Assembly (NCBI GenBank): GCA_051362555.1
Contig: CM120645.1
Coordinates: forward strand, 18,042,001 to 18,106,000
Source of the DNA: Lingula anatina
Lineage: Eukaryota > Animalia > Brachiopoda
Direction of reading: 5' to 3'
DNA: 64,000 nucleotides
Under the pieces are notes generated by a model that was not told the DNA's origin, searched no databases, and was given only the letters and a program-made list of their open reading frames with translations. The position numbers and the translations under genes were made by a program. Within the stretch, counting starts at the first letter, position 1. Each line of letters starts with the position of its first letter. Positions 58,966 to 64,000 of the stretch are shown here, piece by piece.

Positions 58966-58978
58966 ACTTCTGACACCA
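58966..58978 (-). promoter_or_regulatory. Primer-binding site, tRNA-Leu-type (inner copy)
   Basis: Plus strand ACTTCTGACACCA equals the 3' end recalled for animal tRNA-Leu(CAA). It abuts a 45-bp partial LTR. Confidence 0.8.
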
Positions 58979-59020
58979 TGTAACATAAACGTGCTAACTC
59001 TGTAAGCCGCCATGCTGGAA

Positions 59021-59034
59021 CACTTCTGACACCA
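59021..59034 (-). promoter_or_regulatory. Primer-binding site, tRNA-Leu-type (outer copy)
   Basis: CACTTCTGACACCA directly abuts the full 5' LTR. Confidence 0.8.
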
Positions 59035-59151
59035 TGTAACATAAACGTGCTAACTCTGTAAGCCGCCATGCTGGAACACACGTGTATTATTCAAGTCGCT
59101 TACAACATTGTAAAATAAGAGGTGGTCGCTTAAGACAAATAAAATGTTACA
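59035..59151 (-). repeat. 5' LTR (117 bp)
   Basis: Identical to 54406-54522. Confidence 0.95.
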
Positions 59152-60950
59152 AACGGGTATATATTGTTTTCATGAGGACAATTAGGGGTCATTTCCCACC
59201 TCTCTCACAAATCAAACACAAATCATAACTTTTGATGTTAATATATATATGTTGTGAAATTGAAAAAAAATTTTTTCAGTAATTCTCGCTCTTCTCATAC
59301 AAATTGCCAATAAACTACACTTCTATTACACACAGTCAGTTGATACGCTTATCACAGACTTTTATTGTTGTTAAGCATCATTTGTCCTAATTCCACAAAT
59401 AATGAACAAGATTTGTCAAAATTATTAACATTGAACTATTTTATACCATGGAATTTGGCAGTCTTTTCAGTGTTATTTTCAGTTTTCTCAAATTTATTGC
59501 CCCCCAAAAAATCTTTTTCATTGAATCCAGTCAATTGATGAGCTAATCACAGATTTTTAGCATTGTTATGCATCAGCTGTCTAAATTTCACAAATATCGG
59601 ACTAGATTTGTAAAAATTATTAATGTTTAACTATGTTATACCATGGAATTTGGCAGTCTTTTCAGTGTTATTTTCAGGTTTCTAAAATTTATTTGCACTG
59701 AAAAAATCTTTTTCATGAGACACAGTCAATTGATTTGCTTTTCACAGATTTTTATTGTTGTTATGCATCAGCTGTCCAAATTTCACAAATAGCGGACTAG
59801 ATTTTTCAAAATTATTAACGTTAAACTATATGGAGTTATGGACTTTGGTAGTCTTTTAAATGTTATTTTCAGTTTTCTCAAATTGATGTTTCCAAAATAC
59901 CCTTTTTATTAGACACAGTCAACTGTTAAGCTTAACTATATCAAAATTCTTAAGGTTTAACTGTTTTAGTCTTGAAAGTTTGTCATTTTTAAAAATTTAA
60001 TTTTAATTTATTTAATTAAATTGCTTTTTTTCCAGGTGTCCTTTTCCATACAGAGTGGTGTTTTTTTTGGGGTGAACTGATTCTTCCTGTCTTGTCATGG
60101 CTAATTCCTGTAGAAAAAAAAAACAGTCAGTGGAAGACTACAGCAAGAGCAATGGTCTGTCTCATCTATGTGTACAATAGATGGTATGTGGCAAGCTTTA
60201 GGACATTGGCATATGGTGTGCTAAACCCCCGATTCCAGAAGCCGATTGTAAGGAGGAATCTGCATCTAGTATTGGTAGTAAGGAGAAGTCTTGAACGGGT
60301 ATATATTGTTTTCATGAGGACAATTAGGGGTCATTTCCCACCTCTCTCACAAATCAAACACAAATCATAACTTTTGATGTTAATATATATATGTTGTGAA
60401 ATTGAAAAAAAATTTTTTCAGTAATTCTCGCTCTTCTCATACAAATTGCCAATAAACTACACTTCTATTACACACAGTCAATTGATAAGCTTATCACAGA
60501 CTTTTCTTGTTGTTAAGCATCATTTGTCCTAATTCCACAAATAATGAACAAGATTTGTCAAAATTATTAACATTGAACTATTTTATACCATGGAATTTGG
60601 CAGTCTATTCAGTGTTATTTTCAGTTTTCTCAAATTTATTGCCCCCCAAAAAATCTTTTTCATTGAATCCAATCAATTGATGAGCTTATCACAGATTTTT
60701 AGCATTGTTATGCATCAGCTGTCTAAATTTCACAAATATCGGACTAGATTTGTAAAAATTATTAATGTTTAACTATGTTATACCATGGAATTTGGCAGTC
60801 TTTTCAGTGTTATTTTCAGGTTTCTAAAATTTATTTGCACTGAAAAAATCTTTTTCATGAGACACAGTCAATTGATTTGCTTTTCACACAAAGATTTTTA
60901 TTGTTGTTATGCATCAGCTGTCCAAATTTCACAAATATGGGACTACATTT

Positions 60951-62140
60951 TTATGTACAGACACAGATGTGTCTGTACATATTGCCATCACCTGCGTCTG
61001 TCGTCGCAGTCGTCGCCGATGCCGATGGCGATGCCGTCGCCGTGCACTTTCACTGTAAACACGATAAGTGGAACACAGTTTTATTTTTTGGTTTTATATT
61101 TACAGAGCTGATGAATATTCATAAAACGCCGGTCAAGTTCGAAAATCAGCATGAACGGGCCATTATTGTAGAAGTTATGCTGTTTTATCACTTTTCAGCA
61201 TATATGCAACCCTGTAAACACATTTTAAGGAAAACCTTTAGGCCTGTTGTCATGAAAGTCACAAGAGTAATCAATCTTACTAAAACGCAGGTCAAGTTCG
61301 AAAATCGGCATGATCGGGCCACTATTTTAGTAGTTATGCTGTTTTTTCCTTTTTTTCAGCATATGGGCAACACTGTAAACACAATATAAGAAAAACCGAT
61401 AGGCCAATTGTCATTAAACTCACAGGAGTGGTCAATCTTACTTAAACGCAGGTCGAGTTCTAAAATCAGCATAATCGGGCCATTATTTTAGAAGTTATGC
61501 TGTTTTTTCACATTTCCTCACATTCAATTCTTAGGCATGTTAACAGTCTTATTATTTTACTAATAAGATACATTAAAGTGTTTGTTTGACTTCCTGCATC
61601 TTTACAACATTGTGAGTTGATTATGTAAAAATGATGGTAAACTTGTTATCGTGTATTGTGTAATAAAGTGTCAAAAATGGAAACAAACTCATATCATTGC
61701 AGTTTGTCAGATTCAATCATTCACTATGTTCAGAATCTCAGAATGGAGGAAATTGGACATTTAACACTGTTGTATTGATATTTTTCCCATCTCATCAATT
61801 TTCTTAGTTGATCATATAAAAATGGCAGTAAACTGTTAATTTTGTTTAATGTTTAAAAAATTGTTAAAAATGAAAAAAAAAAAACATTTCAGAACAGTGC
61901 TGTCTTGTTTACATTTTGGCATTTTCAAGTTGTGACTTTGAAGTTCCATGGGCCTGAAGACCTTTGCTAGTCACATTTTCTGAATATCCATGATACTAAT
62001 ATTTTATTATTAAAAATTGATGGTCATTATGCTGTTAAACATTATGTAATATTGCATCAAAATTTGAAAAAAACCTATTTTGGGCACTGCTCCCATGATG
62101 ACCATTTAAGAAAAACCATGTCACTTACTGTTCTCAAACA
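60951..62140 (+). mobile_element. HINE family B copy (hairpin, GTC/GCC microsatellite, ~3 x 160-bp repeats)
   Basis: Perfect hairpin ATGTACAGACAC-AGAT-GTGTCTGTACAT (60953-60980) after a T-run. CTGTAAACAC recurs at ~61053, 61212 and 61373. Terminates the macrosatellite. Confidence 0.85.
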
Positions 62141-62146
62141 GTACAG

Positions 62147-62149
<3 letters not shown>

Positions 62150-62192
<43 letters not shown>
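62150..62192. repeat. (TA)n microsatellite
   Basis: Direct reading. Confidence 0.95.
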
Positions 62193-62194
<2 letters not shown>

Positions 62195-62417
62195 TGTGTC
62201 TGTACATATTGCCATCACCTGCGTCTGTCGTCGCCGTCATCGCCGGGGCCGGCGCCGTGCACTTTCATTGTAAACACGATAAGTCGAAGGCAGTTTTACT
62301 TTTTGGCTTTATATTTACAGAGCTGATGAATATTCATAAAACGCAGGTCAAGTTCGAAAATCAGCATGATCGGGCCATTATTGTAGAAGTTATGCTTTTT
62401 TTTCACTTTTCAGCATA
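62192..62417 (+). mobile_element. HINE family B 5' fragment, interrupted by the IS4EU-like element
   Basis: AGATGTGTCTGTACATATTGCCATCACCTGCGTCTGTCGTCG is collinear with 60965-61203. Confidence 0.85.
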
Positions 62418-63950
62418 TTAACCGATTACAGTGACGTCATATTTGCTCCGTAACACTCGTCCAGCGGCCATTCTGGAGGGAAAGAACGACGAGGAATAGT
62501 AGCGTAAATATAGGCTAACCAAATAAAATGAAATAATCTTCATATCGTGATCAAGTACACCAAAAGGAAAATAGTATATACATGTGAAAACTTCAGCTGA
62601 TCAGCGTGATCGACCCATATAAACTCAAGACAATCCAAAGACGTGAAATCCTGACCTACCCCTGTATCCCAACATCGTGGAATGTTGTCAGAAGCTAGTT
62701 CAGTTATCTTGTACTTCATTTTTCTTGTTCATTGGGTAATAAAAGTTATAGCTTTAGAGAGTTTACTGTGTAATCATAAGTTCAACCTTTCATAGAAGCA
62801 ACTTTGTACATAAAGGATAGATATAAGGAGAAATTTGAGCTGACTATCGGGATCAACCCTTACGGACTCAAAGAAGAGAGTATGCAGGGTTGTGACAAGA
62901 AATATTGCTGTCAAATATGATTTAACTGTACATCATGAAGCTGTCAGAAATTATTTCAGCATTCTTGTGCTTCATTTTGGTTCATTAGGAAGTATTTGTA
63001 ACATGACTGTTGTTTGAGAGTTCAATATTTTACCATGAATTCAACCATTCACAGTAGCAACATTGTTAGCATTTTATTATTAGTCCAGACCTTCACAGAA
63101 GCAATGTATTTTTCAAACTTATGGCATTCAATGTAACATAACAACAAGTCAGTTCATGAATTGATCTTTATTTGATTGAAAATATAGGAAAATGCACATT
63201 TTGTATGGATAAAAGTAAACATGAAATGCAAAACATTGTTGCACAATTAAATGACAGATTATCAGGGTCCCTTTCCTTTTGGTTGATAACACTGACATGA
63301 AAAATATTTCCATACTTTTAATGATGCAATGCAACGTGTACATGAGCATATTAAGTCGAATCAAGCCACCATAATTTGAGAAACCTGTTTAGTATATTTT
63401 TAATTTATGTCTAGAGAAATGCTTGATTGAAGACTCACAATTGATATGTGCTGTGTGGGTATGTACATATTAGGCCTTAGATGGTGTTACTAAGCAGTTT
63501 GTAATTTTATTTAGGAGAATTCCACAACTGGTGGTTAAAAATGCACAACAGTGACAACCTACATGTACAACAGCCATCTGTTTCTGCATATCAGACCATC
63601 TGTGGGAGGTGCACCATACAAAATTTTATATTTCTTGCAAACTTTTCCATTTAGCCTTTAAACATATGAGAAAGAAAAAAGTGTTTTCATTTCTTCTTGT
63701 GCTTCGGCTCACAATTCTAAATAAATAGAAAACCTGTCCTTGTTGTATGCAAGCTATCAGGATAACAACTTTAAAACAACAAATGAACAATGAAATAAAT
63801 AAACAAATCCAATTAAATAACTCCTGTCATGCACTGAATTTCACTCTCCTGATGTTCAGATCCTGTCTCCTCAGCTGGTCACAAAGATATAAGAATATTT
63901 TTTCGCTGCTTCTACCTTGTGTGCCATCTAGCTGTCTTTTGTACCTGTCA

Positions 63951-63995
<45 letters not shown>

Positions 63996-64000
63996 ATAAC
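62418..64000 (-). mobile_element. Second, inverted copy of the IS4EU/ISL2EU-like element (runs off the window)
   Basis: TA|TTAACCGATTACAGTGACGTCAT. Reverse complement of 23000->22135 and then 17380->~16905. Lacks the nested 17381-22134 insertion. Confidence 0.85.

Larger units (their letters stand above)
54406..59151 (-). mobile_element. Full-length Ty3/Gypsy LTR retrotransposon (Mag-like), 4746 bp
   Basis: Identical 117-bp LTRs TGTAACA...TGTTACA. 5-bp TSD AACGG (54401-54405, 59152-59156). PBS, polypurine tract and a single gag-pol ORF. Confidence 0.97.
24375..60950 (+). repeat. Composite macrosatellite: ~557-bp block + n x 195-bp monomers, 18 blocks
   Basis: Monomer period 195 (ATGGAATTTGGCAGTC at 46609 and 46804). 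Block marker CAGGTGTCCTTTTCC near 24.66, 31.81, 33.53, 34.48, 36.20, 37.15, 40.13, 41.85, 43.38, 44.53, 46.05, 47.19, 48.34, 50.68, 51.82, 52.99, 54.13 and 60.03 kb. Confidence 0.95.

Noticed and set aside
58966-59034. tRNA-Leu gene
   Set aside because: Only the 13-14-nt 3' end including CCA is present, as a primer-binding site. There is no cloverleaf.
24375-60950. CRISPR-like repeat-spacer array
   Set aside because: Units are 195 and 557 bp, the intervening sequences are themselves repeated rather than unique, there are no cas genes, and the context is eukaryotic.
60877-61389. 170-aa ORF
   Set aside because: It crosses the satellite/HINE-B junction and the internal tandem repeats, so it is a chance open frame.

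Overview
AT-rich animal (probably marine invertebrate) repeat-dense DNA. No host gene is recognisable. The left 24 kb is a mosaic of MITEs, Helentron-associated (HINE/DINE-1-like) elements and an RTE-X-like LINE fragment. It also holds a five-level nested stack: HINE > TA-duplicating THAP-bearing IS4EU/ISL2EU-like element > element with a 4-bp target-site duplication (TSD) > Pangu/Harbinger-type transposon with a pseudogenised DDE transposase > 91-bp hairpin. From about 24.4 to 60.95 kb lies a composite macrosatellite: 18 copies of a ~557-bp block separated by variable numbers of ordered 195-bp monomers. It is invaded by two sibling HINEs carrying arrays of a 146-bp satellite (about 18.5 and 8.5 units), a Kolobok-like MITE, and an intact-ORF Ty3/Gypsy (Mag-like) retrotransposon. 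The retrotransposon has identical 117-bp LTRs, a 5-bp TSD and a duplicated tRNA-Leu primer-binding site (PBS). The window ends in a second HINE family and a second, inverted copy of the IS4EU-like element, which supplies the empty site for one nested insertion. All calls come from reading the sequence; no database search was run.
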